NCBI GenBank assembly: GCA_012729015.1
Contig: JAAYDY010000044.1
Span: forward strand, 19,891 to 83,890
DNA: 64,000 nt
Origin: Phycisphaerae bacterium
GTDB lineage: Bacteria > Planctomycetota > Phycisphaerae > FEN-1346 > JAACEH01
Reading direction: 5' to 3'
Position numbers and translations under genes: made by a program. The stretch's first letter is position 1; each line of letters begins with the position of its first letter. Shown here piece by piece: positions 1-9,028 of this stretch. Below the pieces are notes generated by a model. The model worked only from the letters and a program-made list of their open reading frames with translations, did not search any database and was not told the origin of the DNA.

Positions 1-134
1 CGACGTTCGCGGGGCTTGATGCCCGGTTCAACTCCTATCGGCTCGGGCTGCTGCAGGTGCTGGGCCTGCTGATCCAGACGGAACCGGGCCGAGGCAACCG
101 ACCGGCCCGCTATCGGTGGATGGGCAGGGCCTGA
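1..134 (+). CDS. 3' end of an unidentified CDS running in from upstream (frame 3, ...RYRWMGRA*)
   Basis: Open frame from the window edge with GC-rich third positions, ending at TGA 132-134; no recognisable motif. Confidence 0.25.
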   Translation, partial: TFAGLDARFNSYRLGLLQVLGLLIQTEPGRGNRPARYRWMGRA

Positions 135-202
135 TGGTGCTCGGGGCCGATTCGCCCTGTGGCTTGTCGGGCTGGCCCGGTGGTGGTTGTGGTCGATTTG
201 GG

Positions 203-549
203 TATCGCAATGCGTCCTGGGGCAACGTCGCAACGAATTCGGGCATTGTGGCGCGTGGACCAGGGAGAGGCAAAAGGTACTTCCGGGGCTTCTAGGGGGA
301 AGAGGGCATCGGGAACAGTCGGCTAATCATACTCCGTTTACCATTTGTCGTGAATAAAGTCAGTCATGTTGCCCGACTGTTCCCGCTGCCCTACCGACGA
401 GCCAAGCTTCGGTAGTACCTTTGCCCGGTCAACCCGGGCGGGAACCGCCGGTTTCCTGAAATGCCCTGTGGCGCGTCGGGCGTGTGCGGTGGGCGATGAG
501 TCGGCGGAGGGTATCACAATGCGGCAGACAGCAACGTCGCAACGATTTC
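203..549. repeat. Pair of ~40-bp direct repeats (203-240 and 509-549; shared core GCAACGTCGCAACGA[A/T]TTC preceded by GGGTATC[G/A]CAATGCG)
   Basis: Read directly: gggtatcgcaatgcgtcctggggcaacgtcgcaacgaattc vs gggtatcacaatgcggcagacagcaacgtcgcaacgatttc, about 80% identical, 306 bp apart, upstream of the HTH-integrase pair. Confidence 0.6.
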
Positions 550-584
550 AAGGCACGTCGCGGCGGACGAACGCCGGCAATCGA

Positions 585-730
585 CTTGTAACATTGTTAC
601 AAGTGGACCGGGCGGCAGGGCCGAGCCCGCACGGCGGCCGAACGCTGGCAATCAACCAGCACAAATTGTGCTGGTTGATTCTGCCCCTGAGCGACGCCCT
701 GGCGATTCAGGTTGTAACATTGTTACAACC
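585..730. promoter_or_regulatory. Palindrome array: CTTGTAACA-T-TGTTACAAG (585-603), perfect 31-bp palindrome AATCAACCAGCACAA-A-TTGTGCTGGTTGATT (650-680), GGTTGTAACA-T-TGTTACAACC (710-730); putative operator cluster
   Basis: Inverted repeats read directly; two copies of the same TGTAACA/TGTTACA palindrome flank a different perfect palindrome, all within 250 bp upstream of the HTH gene promoter. Confidence 0.5.
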
Positions 731-795
731 TGGCCCTGCCCTGAGCGGCCCGGCATCGACCATCGGCAGGGATTCAGATTTCTTGAAAAGGGTGC

Positions 796-824
796 TTGAC
801 ATAGCGACAATCTGCTGATAAGGT
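796..824 (+). promoter_or_regulatory. Sigma70-like promoter (TTGACA 796-801, 17-nt spacer, TAAGGT 819-824) placed so the transcript would begin at or next to ATG 832 (leaderless)
   Basis: Consensus -35 hexamer and spacing read in sequence; no Shine-Dalgarno before ATG 832. Confidence 0.35.
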
Positions 825-831
825 AGACGCC

Positions 832-1140
832 ATGAACCAGAAACGGGAATCATTTCTTGACCAGGTGCGCCGGGCGGTGGCCGAATCCGGGCTTCCCCAC
901 AACAAGCTATCGCAGATGGCCGCAATGGACCCCGCGGCCATGTGCAGGTTCATGAGCCGCGAGCGCGGCATCGGTGGCAAGGCCCTTGACCGGCTGGCCG
1001 CGGTGCTCGGGCTGTATGTGGCACAGAAAACGCCCCACGTTGCCCCACAAGGCACGCTGGCGCGTCAAGGCGACTCGGGAGTCGGCCGAAGCGGTCGGCG
1101 TGGTGGCAAGGCGGCAAGAGCAACGAAAGGGAGGGCCTGA
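832..1140 (+). CDS. Cro/CI (XRE)-type helix-turn-helix regulator or excisionase-like protein with a basic C-terminal tail
   Basis: HTH-like stretch LSQMAAMDPAAMCRFMSRERGIGGKALDRLAAVLGL; stop TGA 1138-1140 is 2 nt before the integrase ATG (coupled). Confidence 0.55.
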   Translation: MNQKRESFLDQVRRAVAESGLPHNKLSQMAAMDPAAMCRFMSRERGIGGKALDRLAAVLGLYVAQKTPHVAPQGTLARQGDSGVGRSGRRGGKAARATKGRA

Positions 1141-1142
1141 CG

Positions 1143-2453
1143 ATGGCGTCATTGTTCAAGGTGGGCAACTCGTTCGCGGTGCAGGTGCTCTTGCCGGGGA
1201 ACCGTCGGCCGACGATTCGACTCGGCAAGGTTTCCGACAAGACCGCGGCGGCGGACAAGCGGCATATCGAGAACCTGGCGGCGCGGGTGACTCGTGACGA
1301 GCCCCTGCCCAAGGCGACGTCGGCCTGGCTCGGGGGCATAAACGAGGCGCTCCGCGGCCGACTCGTGAGGGCTGGCCTGATCGACGCGGCCCCAGGTGGT
1401 GATGTGATACCCCTTGGCCAGTGGCTTGACGAGTACGTCGCTGGCCGGGCCGATGTGAAGGGTTCAACGCACACGGTCTACGGCCACACACGGCGGAACC
1501 TGAAAGACCACTTCGGGGCCGACCGGCCGTTGTCGGCAATCACGCCGGGCGACGCCGACGGCTTCGCGGTCTATCTGCGGACGGTGGCCAATGCCGAGGT
1601 TGCCGAGGGAGCGAAAGCAAAGGGGCTTGCCGAGAACACGGCGCGGCGGCGGCTCGGGATAGCGAAGCAGTTTTTCCGGGCGGCGGTCCGCCGTGGCCTG
1701 ATCGACCGCAACCCGTTCGACGGGCAAGTCTGTCAGGTGCGCGAGAACCCCAAGCGGCAACACTTTGTCACACGGGCCGATACTGAGGCGGTTCTAGCTG
1801 CCCTGCCTGATGCACCGTGGCGGCTGGCCTTTGCCCTGGCCCGGTGGGGCGGTCTACGCTGCCCGTCGGAAATCGTTCGTCTGACGTGGGCCGACATAGC
1901 ATGGGACCGCGGGCGGTTCACAGTACACGCCAGCAAGACCGAGCATCACGCCGACGCGGGGATTCGCGTTGTGCCGATCTTCCCCGAGTTGCTGCCCTAC
2001 CTGCAAGAGGCTTTCGACGTGGCCGAACCGGGGGCGGTCTACTGTTGTCCGCAATACCCGATGCATTTCGCAGGGCAGATGTACGGCAAGGTTGTGCGGA
2101 ACGCGATGAAGTCGGCCGGGGTGAAGCCGTGGCCCAAGCTGTTTCAGAACTGCCGGAGCACACGCGAGACCGAGCTTGCCGAAACATTCCCCGTGCAAGT
2201 GGTCTGCGCGTGGATTGGCAATTCCCCTGCGGTGGCGGCGCGGCACTACCTGCAAGTGACCGATGCCCACTTCACGCGGGCGACGGGTGCAGCGCTGCAA
2301 AAAGCTGTGCAGCAATCTAGCAAAACGGCGTGCAACGCTGATAGTCCGGAGGGTGCGAGACCGCATTCACACACCGAAAACCAGCATTGCACGCCTGTAC
2401 ATATCAAAAGAGTGGGCCCTCTCGGACTCGAACCGAGGACGGGCGGATTATGA
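1143..2453 (+). CDS. int: Tyrosine site-specific recombinase (phage-type integrase); its C-terminal ~45 codons run into the adjacent tRNA gene
   Basis: Box I-like GLRCPSEIVRLTWADI, C-terminal catalytic region ...AARHYLQVTDAHF (Tyr); convergent with and overlapping tRNA-Met at 2413-2486, typical of integrases whose att site lies in a tRNA 3' end. Confidence 0.8.
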   Translation: MASLFKVGNSFAVQVLLPGNRRPTIRLGKVSDKTAAADKRHIENLAARVTRDEPLPKATSAWLGGINEALRGRLVRAGLIDAAPGGDVIPLGQWLDEYVAGRADVKGSTHTVYGHTRRNLKDHFGADRPLSAITPGDADGFAVYLRTVANAEVAEGAKAKGLAENTARRRLGIAKQFFRAAVRRGLIDRNPFDGQVCQVRENPKRQHFVTRADTEAVLAALPDAPWRLAFALARWGGLRCPSEIVRLTWADIAWDRGRFTVHASKTEHHADAGIRVVPIFPELLPYLQEAFDVAEPGAVYCCPQYPMHFAGQMYGKVVRNAMKSAGVKPWPKLFQNCRSTRETELAETFPVQVVCAWIGNSPAVAARHYLQVTDAHFTRATGAALQKAVQQSSKTACNADSPEGARPHSHTENQHCTPVHIKRVGPLGLEPRTGGL

Positions 2454-2486
2454 GTCCGCTGCTCTAACCGACTGAGCTAAGGGCCC
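2413..2486 (-). tRNA. tRNA-Met (anticodon CAU; elongator Met or Ile2-lysidine type, not initiator), 74 nt, CCA not encoded
   Basis: Folded by hand: acceptor GGGCCCT/AGGGCCC, D arm GCTC/GAGC, anticodon stem GCGGA/TCCGC with loop CTCATAA, T arm CTCGG-TTCGAGT-CCGAG. Confidence 0.8.
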
Positions 2487-2732
2487 CTGCCTCGTGTATC
2501 CGGCAGAACGCCGCAGACTATACTTCACTGGCTGAGGAGCGTCAAGGAGATAGGAGTCTGCCGTAGCGTCCGGTCTGCCACGTGTGGCGTCTCGCGCTCT
2601 GGGTCGGACGAAGGCCCAGCCCATAAGGGACCAGCGACGGGAAATCCCGGTCATCCAGGTGGCAGTCAGGATGCCGGGATCCGCCCGTCGCCGGTTGGCG
2701 TGCCCAGGAACTGTGGAAACGTGCGTTGACGA

Positions 2733-3677
2733 TTACCGGCGTGAGCCCCCTTTGCGACGGAGGGCGACCGCGGTCAGGCCGAGGCCCAGCAGCGCCATGG
2801 TGGCGGGTTCGGGAACAGCGACGGCCTGAAGCATCGTGCCGCCGTTGCCGATCTGGAGGCTCCAGTCGGCCTGATCCTCGGCGCTGAGGGCCAAGGCATC
2901 CAGACTGAGTGTGCCGCTGGTGACCGTGATCAGGTCGAAGACGGAAACGCCTGTGGGCAATGAGCCCAGAACGCTCAGATCCACGGTGCCTGCCAGCGTG
3001 GTGGCCGAGGCGGCATGAATCGCAGAGACGCCCGAACTGCCAATGGCGAAGCCCAAGGTAGTGGCGGCCGTGCTGGTCAGGGCGCCATTGACGGTCACGG
3101 TCGCACCGGCGCCGACGACGTTGAACGTCGTGGGAATGGTGGCGCCGAGGCTGAGCGAGCCGACGGTGAACGTGCCGCCGGAGACGGTGGCGGACGCCGT
3201 GGAGCCTGCCGCGCCCGCGCCGCCCAGCCTGAACGTGCCGCCCACGCTGGTGGAGCCGCTATCCTGCTGGAAGACCATGAGGCCGGGGCCGTTGCCCAGA
3301 TTCGCATTGGTGGTGATGGCCAGGTCTCCACCGTTGGTGACCTGGACGATGGCCTGGCCAAGGCCGCTGGAGCCATGGAACGCATACAGGTTGTTTCCTG
3401 TGACCGCGCCGCCGTCCACAATGAGTTGGGAGATGGTGGTGCTATTGCCACCGCGGTTGACGCCGATGATGGCAGCGGTGCACGTGAGTTCGCCCTGCAC
3501 GGTGAGCGAACCGCTGGGTCCCCAGACTCCGATGCTGACCCATGTGTCCGGGAGCGTTACCGTCTCACCGACTGCGATCACGTTGTCGCCGTTGTAGTCG
3601 GCGGCCCCGGCCGAAGCGGCCAGGACAAGCATCGAAACAGCCGTCAGCATGGTGCGAAACAGCCCTCTTGTTGTCAT
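2733..3677 (-). CDS. PEP-CTERM sorting-domain secreted protein (G/T/S-rich repetitive beta-strand protein); start at MTTRGLF... with a GGAGG Shine-Dalgarno
   Basis: N-terminal signal peptide; C-terminus ...VPEPATMALLGLGLTAVALRRK is a PEP-CTERM motif plus TM plus basic tail. Confidence 0.75.
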   Translation of the reverse strand: MTTRGLFRTMLTAVSMLVLAASAGAADYNGDNVIAVGETVTLPDTWVSIGVWGPSGSLTVQGELTCTAAIIGVNRGGNSTTISQLIVDGGAVTGNNLYAFHGSSGLGQAIVQVTNGGDLAITTNANLGNGPGLMVFQQDSGSTSVGGTFRLGGAGAAGSTASATVSGGTFTVGSLSLGATIPTTFNVVGAGATVTVNGALTSTAATTLGFAIGSSGVSAIHAASATTLAGTVDLSVLGSLPTGVSVFDLITVTSGTLSLDALALSAEDQADWSLQIGNGGTMLQAVAVPEPATMALLGLGLTAVALRRKGGSRR

Positions 3678-4188
3678 GATACCAGCCTCCTTCAAGGGTG
3701 AACCTATCTTCGGCGTCCTTTGGCGGCAGCAGATGCCACTCCGCTTCGAGGATAGAGCGGACCACGCACGTGCTCCGCCACGACCGAGATATGACATGCT
3801 GCCGTTAATACTAGTGACAGCGGCCGGGGAGTCAAACGCATGGGTGTCCGTGGCAAGGACTTGCCATGGCCTTGTCGAAGACACGTAAGTGTTTTGTTTT
3901 CAACGCTTTACGCGACGCCCGCCTCGGGGCCGCACATTGCTTCGGCTGGGACCGTGCGGGCTTGGGCTCTGTCCGTGGGATGATGATAAAGACCGCCGCG
4001 AGATTGTGTCACACTCGCAATGTAACGCCCCGCCAGGCCCCACGCGACGATAACGGGTTTATCCGTAATAGGTTATAGCACCACCGCAGTAGGCATCACG
4101 GAGTGCGTATGGCTCTTTGCCTCTTCAGCAAGCGTTGCCGAGAGTGGGAATCGGGAGGAATCCGGCCGATTCCCTGGCCGGACAGGGG

Positions 4189-5328
4189 TCAGACATGCTG
4201 TTCGACTGCCGGTGAGGCGATGCTTTCGGTGAGATGGAGCCGCACGGGGACTCGAATGCTCTTAAGGTCGGCTCGGCCGACCATAAGTTGCTCGATGAGT
4301 TCCATGGTACAGGCTCCGGCGCGTTGCCACTCGACCTCGAAGCAGGTGACGGGGGGAAACCCTTCTGGAAGTTTCAGGGACTCGCTGGAGCTGGTCATGG
4401 CGATGCTGAGGTCGTGCGGCACATGAATGTGGGCGAAGGCCGGGTCGTGGGCGAGTCGGTGAATGACGCCAGGGGATGTGGCGGCAATAGCGGTAATGCG
4501 CGGGCTCAGTTGCAGGAGGCGGTCAAGAAAGGGCTCGCCATCGATTTCGCAGATGACCGGCATGATGCACCTGTCGAGTACGCGGTGCTGCTGGAGCGCA
4601 TCGAGCCAGCCCTGGTGGGCCATGGTCCTGGCGTCCATAATGTCATTGCAGCGGATGGAGGCCGTGACAAGGGTCATGTTGGTGTGGCCGCTACGGACGA
4701 AGAGTTCGGCGAGACGTTGGCCGGCGCCGTAGTCGTCGATGGCCACGGCCGGAAGGGACAGGCCGGGTATCTTCCGCTGGAAGACGACGACGGGGACGCG
4801 GCTCTCGACGAGGCGTGCGACGGTTACGAGGGATGCCGGCGAGAGTTCGACGATGACGACGGCGTCGAAGCGATGCTGGAGTCGGTCGGCTTCGGCGAGT
4901 TGGTCGTGGATTGGCATATTCAGCAGGGAGGATTCGCAGCCTCGATCGGCGGCAGCCCTCTGAATGGCTCCGACGAGCTTGTAATGGAACGGCCCTTTGT
5001 CCGGGTCGAGGGGAATCTCGAAGGCGGCGGGAAGCAGGATGGCGAGTCGCCTGGGTTCGGGCCCGGAGACCTGTTCGGCGAGGATCTGCCTGGAACGGTC
5101 AGCGGCTCCGGTGGCGGCAACGGCCTCGCCGCGGCCGTCTCGGACGATGAGTCCGAGTTGCTCGGCCCACTGCCAGGCGAGACAGACCGGACGGATCGAG
5201 ACGCGAAGCTGTGCGGCAACGGACCGCAGAGACGGCAGACGGCGGCCCTCCTGCCAGTCGCCGGCGGCCAGTTTGTGCAGAAGGTACCTTGAAACGCGTT
5301 CTCGGAGGACGGGCCTGCGCATCGGCAT
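4189..5328 (-). CDS. Transcriptional regulator, GntR-type winged-HTH N-terminus fused to a LacI/periplasmic-binding-like sugar-sensing domain
   Basis: N-terminal LPSLRSVAAQLRVSIRPV HTH; remainder resembles the LacI-family ligand-binding fold. Confidence 0.55.
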   Translation of the reverse strand: MPMRRPVLRERVSRYLLHKLAAGDWQEGRRLPSLRSVAAQLRVSIRPVCLAWQWAEQLGLIVRDGRGEAVAATGAADRSRQILAEQVSGPEPRRLAILLPAAFEIPLDPDKGPFHYKLVGAIQRAAADRGCESSLLNMPIHDQLAEADRLQHRFDAVVIVELSPASLVTVARLVESRVPVVVFQRKIPGLSLPAVAIDDYGAGQRLAELFVRSGHTNMTLVTASIRCNDIMDARTMAHQGWLDALQQHRVLDRCIMPVICEIDGEPFLDRLLQLSPRITAIAATSPGVIHRLAHDPAFAHIHVPHDLSIAMTSSSESLKLPEGFPPVTCFEVEWQRAGACTMELIEQLMVGRADLKSIRVPVRLHLTESIASPAVEQHV

Positions 5329-5427
5329 AGCTCCCTGTCATCTCACGCTGCGGTCGGAGGCTCCTTCAGTTGTCGATATCGCGTGGCGAGACCGCCGGCG
5401 GGCGGCCTCGCGCGCGGGGCCAAGCAT

Positions 5428-6528
5428 TCAGCGAACGACGCGGGCGCTGCCGCCGCCGGCCAGAGCCTGGACTTCCTTCAGGCGGGCCATGGTGGTGTCG
5501 CCCGGGGTGGTCATGGCCAGGGCGCCGTGGGCGGCGCCGAACTCGACGGCGGCCTGGGGCCCGAGGTTCTCCAGGAGTCCGTAGATGAGGCCGGAGGCGA
5601 AGCTGTCGCCGCCGCCGACGCGGTCGAAGATCTCGAGGCCGGGCCGCGGGGTGGCTTCGAAGAAGTCGCCGCCGGCGTAGCAGATGGCGCCCCAGTCGTT
5701 GACGGTGGCGCTGCGGACGCCGCGCAGGGTGGTGGCGACGACCTTGAAGTTCGGATAGGCCGCGACGACCTTGCGGATCATGGCCTTGAAGTTGGCCGGG
5801 TCGAGGTCGGTAAGGTGCTCGTCGACGCCCTGGACCTCGAATCCGAGAGCGGCGGTGAAGTCTTCCTCGTTGCCGATCATGACGTCAACGTAGCGCGCGA
5901 TTTCCTGGTTGACCTGGCGTGCGCGATCGGGGCCGCCGATGGACTTCCAGAGGCTGGGCCGATAGTTGAGGTCGTAGCTGACGATGACGCCATGCTTCTT
6001 GGCGGCTTTCATGGCCTCGATGGCGACGTCGGGGGTCTTGTCGCCAAGGGCGGCGAAGATGCCGCCGCAATGGAACCACCGGGCCCCTTCCTTGCCGAAG
6101 ATCGTGTCCCAGTCGAAATCGCCGGGAGCGACCTGGCTGATGGCGGTATGGCCTCGGTCGATGGCTCCGACGGCGCCGCGGACGCCGAAGCCTCGCTCGG
6201 TAAAGTTCAGGCCGTTGCGGGCCTTGCGTCCGATGCCGTCGTCGGGCACCCACTTGACGTGGCGAAGATCGACGCCGCCCTGGAGCATGAGATCTTCCAG
6301 GAGACGGCCGACGCCGTTATCGACGGCGGCGGTGACAATCGCGGTGCGCAGGCCGAAGCACCGCCGCAGGCCGCGGGCGACATTGTACTCACCGCCGCCT
6401 TCCCAGACGGTGAAGGATCGCGTGGTGTGGACGCGACCATCGCCTGGGTCCAGGCGAAGCATGACCTCGCCCAGGGAGACCTGGTCCCAGAGGCAGCTTT
6501 TCTTGTCACGCAACTCGAACAGGGCCAT
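5428..6528 (-). CDS. kdgK: PfkB-family sugar kinase, 2-dehydro-3-deoxygluconokinase-like
   Basis: PfkB signatures: GGGEYNVARG near N-terminus, DRVGGGDSFASGLIYGLL near C-terminus. Confidence 0.7.
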   Translation of the reverse strand: MALFELRDKKSCLWDQVSLGEVMLRLDPGDGRVHTTRSFTVWEGGGEYNVARGLRRCFGLRTAIVTAAVDNGVGRLLEDLMLQGGVDLRHVKWVPDDGIGRKARNGLNFTERGFGVRGAVGAIDRGHTAISQVAPGDFDWDTIFGKEGARWFHCGGIFAALGDKTPDVAIEAMKAAKKHGVIVSYDLNYRPSLWKSIGGPDRARQVNQEIARYVDVMIGNEEDFTAALGFEVQGVDEHLTDLDPANFKAMIRKVVAAYPNFKVVATTLRGVRSATVNDWGAICYAGGDFFEATPRPGLEIFDRVGGGDSFASGLIYGLLENLGPQAAVEFGAAHGALAMTTPGDTTMARLKEVQALAGGGSARVVR

Positions 6529-6581
6529 TGGACACTCCTTTCAGCGAGCGGTCGCCCGTGCGCGGGACCGACCGCGGAACG

Positions 6582-7745
6582 TCATTTGTTGTGAGCGAAG
6601 TACTCGCGAACGAGAGCGGCGGTGGTCTTCTCCCTCTGGTCGTAGAGCCTCCGGAGCTTACGCTTCCTGTGTCGGGCCAGGGAGTAGTGCGTGAGGACCG
6701 GCAGCGCGATGGTCGTGTCGGCGTAGCAGACGACGGCATCGGGAAGCCGGTTGGGATCGACCTTTCCCCAACTGACGGCTTCGTGGGGCGTGGCACCGGA
6801 CAGGCCGCCTGTGTCGGGCCGCGCGTCGGTGACCTGGAAGAAGTAGTCCTGGCCGACTTCTTTGATGCGTAGGATTTCCTGAATCTGCGGCTCGGTCTGG
6901 AGCATGAAGTTCTTGGGGCTCCCGCCGCCCATGAGCATGACGGCGCTCTTGCCGCCGGAACGTTTGGCGGCGAGGACGTAGCTGGTCGTTTCGTTGACGT
7001 CGATGGACGGGTTGATTCGGAGCTTGTTGCCCCGAAGCTCGACGCCGGCCATGTTCATGCCGATGGTGCTGTCGCCCGGAGACGAGGTGTAGAGCGGGAC
7101 GCCACAACGGTAGGCGGCGGCCATGATGGAGACGTCCTTGAGGCCGGCCTTGTCCTCCCACTCGGCGGCATAGCGGCCGATGAGGTGGTGGAGTTCGGCG
7201 GTGCCCATCTCTTTCTGGAACTCGGGCTGGACGAGAATCTGGCGAAGGATATCGTCGGTGGCCATGAGGCAGTCGGTGTATCCGAGGAGAACGTCGTAGA
7301 TGCGGACGACGTCGTTCTGTCGGAGGTCGGTGTCGTTGACCATGGGGCTGCCGACGTGCAAGGGCATGTTGAAGGCGAAATGCAGGTCGTGGTAGAGATT
7401 GGCGCCTGTGGCGACGATCCAGTCGACGAAGCCGGCCTTGATGAGCGGCACGACGCACGAGCAGCCGAGTCCGGCGGGGGTCAGCGCGCCGGCGAGGCTC
7501 ATGCCGACGGTGACGTCGGCTTCGAGCATTTTATCGACGAAAAGGTGGCAGCCCTCGCGGAGGCGTGCGCTGTTGTAGGCAAGGAAGACCTCGTCGATGA
7601 GGTCGGGCATCTTCTCCTTGCCCGTAATGCCCTTGGGCAAGATGCGTTTGCCCGCGAGGTACTTCTGTTTGTGTGGACACTTCTTCTTGAGCATCCACTC
7701 CGGAACCTCGCTGAGGTCCTCGCGCTGTCGATGTGTCCGCTTCAT
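6582..7745 (-). CDS. Deoxyhypusine synthase-like protein (bacterial homospermidine synthase type)
   Basis: DHS-family NAD-binding core ([14 protein letters not shown]..., GANLYHD); ATG 7745 preceded by an AGGAGA Shine-Dalgarno; adjacent to a decarboxylase gene. Confidence 0.65.
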   Translation of the reverse strand: MKRTHRQREDLSEVPEWMLKKKCPHKQKYLAGKRILPKGITGKEKMPDLIDEVFLAYNSARLREGCHLFVDKMLEADVTVGMSLAGALTPAGLGCSCVVPLIKAGFVDWIVATGANLYHDLHFAFNMPLHVGSPMVNDTDLRQNDVVRIYDVLLGYTDCLMATDDILRQILVQPEFQKEMGTAELHHLIGRYAAEWEDKAGLKDVSIMAAAYRCGVPLYTSSPGDSTIGMNMAGVELRGNKLRINPSIDVNETTSYVLAAKRSGGKSAVMLMGGGSPKNFMLQTEPQIQEILRIKEVGQDYFFQVTDARPDTGGLSGATPHEAVSWGKVDPNRLPDAVVCYADTTIALPVLTHYSLARHRKRKLRRLYDQREKTTAALVREYFAHNK

Positions 7746-7801
7746 AGGCACACTCTCCTTGCGGCCGTTGGGCCTTGGAGCCTGTCCGGATAGGCTCGTC
7801 G

Positions 7802-8929
7802 CTACGGGACCATGACCACTTTGGCCATGGGCATTCCATTAAAAGTCGTGGCGCTGCCGGTGCTGTAGGCACCGATGCGTTCGACGTAGACGATGTCGCC
7901 GATGTCGAGTTCGGGCATCTCGACACTGCGGGCGATGGTGTCGAAGCTGTCGCAGGTCGGGCCGGCCAGGGCACAGAGCCGGGTGCGGCCCTCGCGGGTG
8001 GTCTTGTACTCGAACTTGGCGTGATCGAAGACCTGGGCGCTGAGGGTGCCGTACAGGCCGTCGTCGAGGTAGTACCAGTGCTTGTTCTCGCGGATGGCCT
8101 TTCCGACGACGCGGGTGATGAGCGTGCCGGCGGGGCCGGCGAAGAAGCGTCCGGGCTCGGCGATGACCTGGATGTGCGGCTCGAAGAGGCGGTCGAGCTC
8201 GCTGGAGACGACCGAGGCCATGTGGTCGAACGGGTCTTCCTCGTCGGCGCCCTGCATGATCGGGAAGCCGCCACCGATATCGAGTATCTCGAAGGGCAAC
8301 TGTTTCAGATGGGCGTCGCGTGCGATGATGGCGGCGATTTCGAGGGCCTCGCTGTAGTTCTCGGAGCGCAGGCACTGGCTGCCGACGTGGAAGCTGACGC
8401 CGACGGGGCGCAGGCCGAGCTTGTAGGCCTTGATGAGCAGGCTGATGGCGTCGGCGGGATCGACGCCGAATTTCAGGCCGAGCTCGACGATGGACCCGAC
8501 GTTGGGGACGCTGATGCGGACGAGGACTCTCGTGCCGGGGGCATGCTCGGCGATCTTGTCGAGTTCGCACTCGTTGTCGAAGGTCATCAGGTCCACGCCG
8601 CGGAGGCCGGCTTCCTTCAGGGCGGCAACGGGCTTGATCGTGTTGGCGAAGATGATCTGCGAGGGTTTGGCTCCGGCTTCGAGGACGGCGTCCATCTCGG
8701 CGATGGAGGCCACGTCGAAACAGGTGCCTTCGGCCACCATGACCTTAAGGATGTCGCGATGGCTGTTGGCCTTGATGGCGTAGTACGGAGTGACTCGCGG
8801 CAGGGCCTTGCGGAACCTGGCAACCTGGGCCTTCAGGGCGGAGCGGCTGATCAGCACCAGGGGCGAGCCGTCCTTCTTGACGCGTTCGTGGATCTGGCGG
8901 GCCAGTTTCGTGTTCTTCAGTCGAGCCAA
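7802..8929 (-). CDS. PLP-dependent Orn/Lys/Arg decarboxylase (alanine-racemase fold), ornithine-decarboxylase-like; TTG start with an AAGGAGGAG Shine-Dalgarno
   Basis: ODC-type motifs [29 protein letters not shown]; the start has to precede the conserved N-terminus, leaving only TTG. Confidence 0.7.
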   Translation of the reverse strand: MARLKNTKLARQIHERVKKDGSPLVLISRSALKAQVARFRKALPRVTPYYAIKANSHRDILKVMVAEGTCFDVASIAEMDAVLEAGAKPSQIIFANTIKPVAALKEAGLRGVDLMTFDNECELDKIAEHAPGTRVLVRISVPNVGSIVELGLKFGVDPADAISLLIKAYKLGLRPVGVSFHVGSQCLRSENYSEALEIAAIIARDAHLKQLPFEILDIGGGFPIMQGADEEDPFDHMASVVSSELDRLFEPHIQVIAEPGRFFAGPAGTLITRVVGKAIRENKHWYYLDDGLYGTLSAQVFDHAKFEYKTTREGRTRLCALAGPTCDSFDTIARSVEMPELDIGDIVYVERIGAYSTGSATTFNGMPMAKVVMVP

Positions 8930-9028
8930 CGTACTCCTCCTTCGGTAGCCCCGGTCGCGGGGTTTCTCATATTACGCTGTTGGCGCACTGGGAACAAGAG
9001 GGAATGTGACGTGGAACCTTGCTGGACA

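Noticed and set aside
585-730. Possible CRISPR repeats (TGTAACATTGTTACA occurs twice)
   Set aside because: Only two copies, strongly palindromic, irregular spacing, with a different palindrome between them, and no cas genes; interpreted as operators instead.
366-818. 150-aa ORF in the island regulatory region
   Set aside because: Overlaps all the palindromes and repeats, has no Shine-Dalgarno and an odd composition; more likely non-coding operator DNA.
2300-2453. Integrase C-terminal extension as evidence of a frameshifted pseudogene
   Set aside because: The frame is continuous from the catalytic Tyr region to a stop inside the tRNA; extension of tRNA-targeting integrases into the tRNA 3' half is common, so it is not called a pseudogene. 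It could still be an over-extension if the true stop is created only in the circular/excised form.
3851-3866. TGGCAAG-GA-CTTGCCA upstream of the PEP-CTERM gene as a sigma54 (-24/-12) promoter
   Set aside because: The GG...GC spacing is one nucleotide shorter than the strict sigma54 consensus; kept only as a possible palindromic operator.
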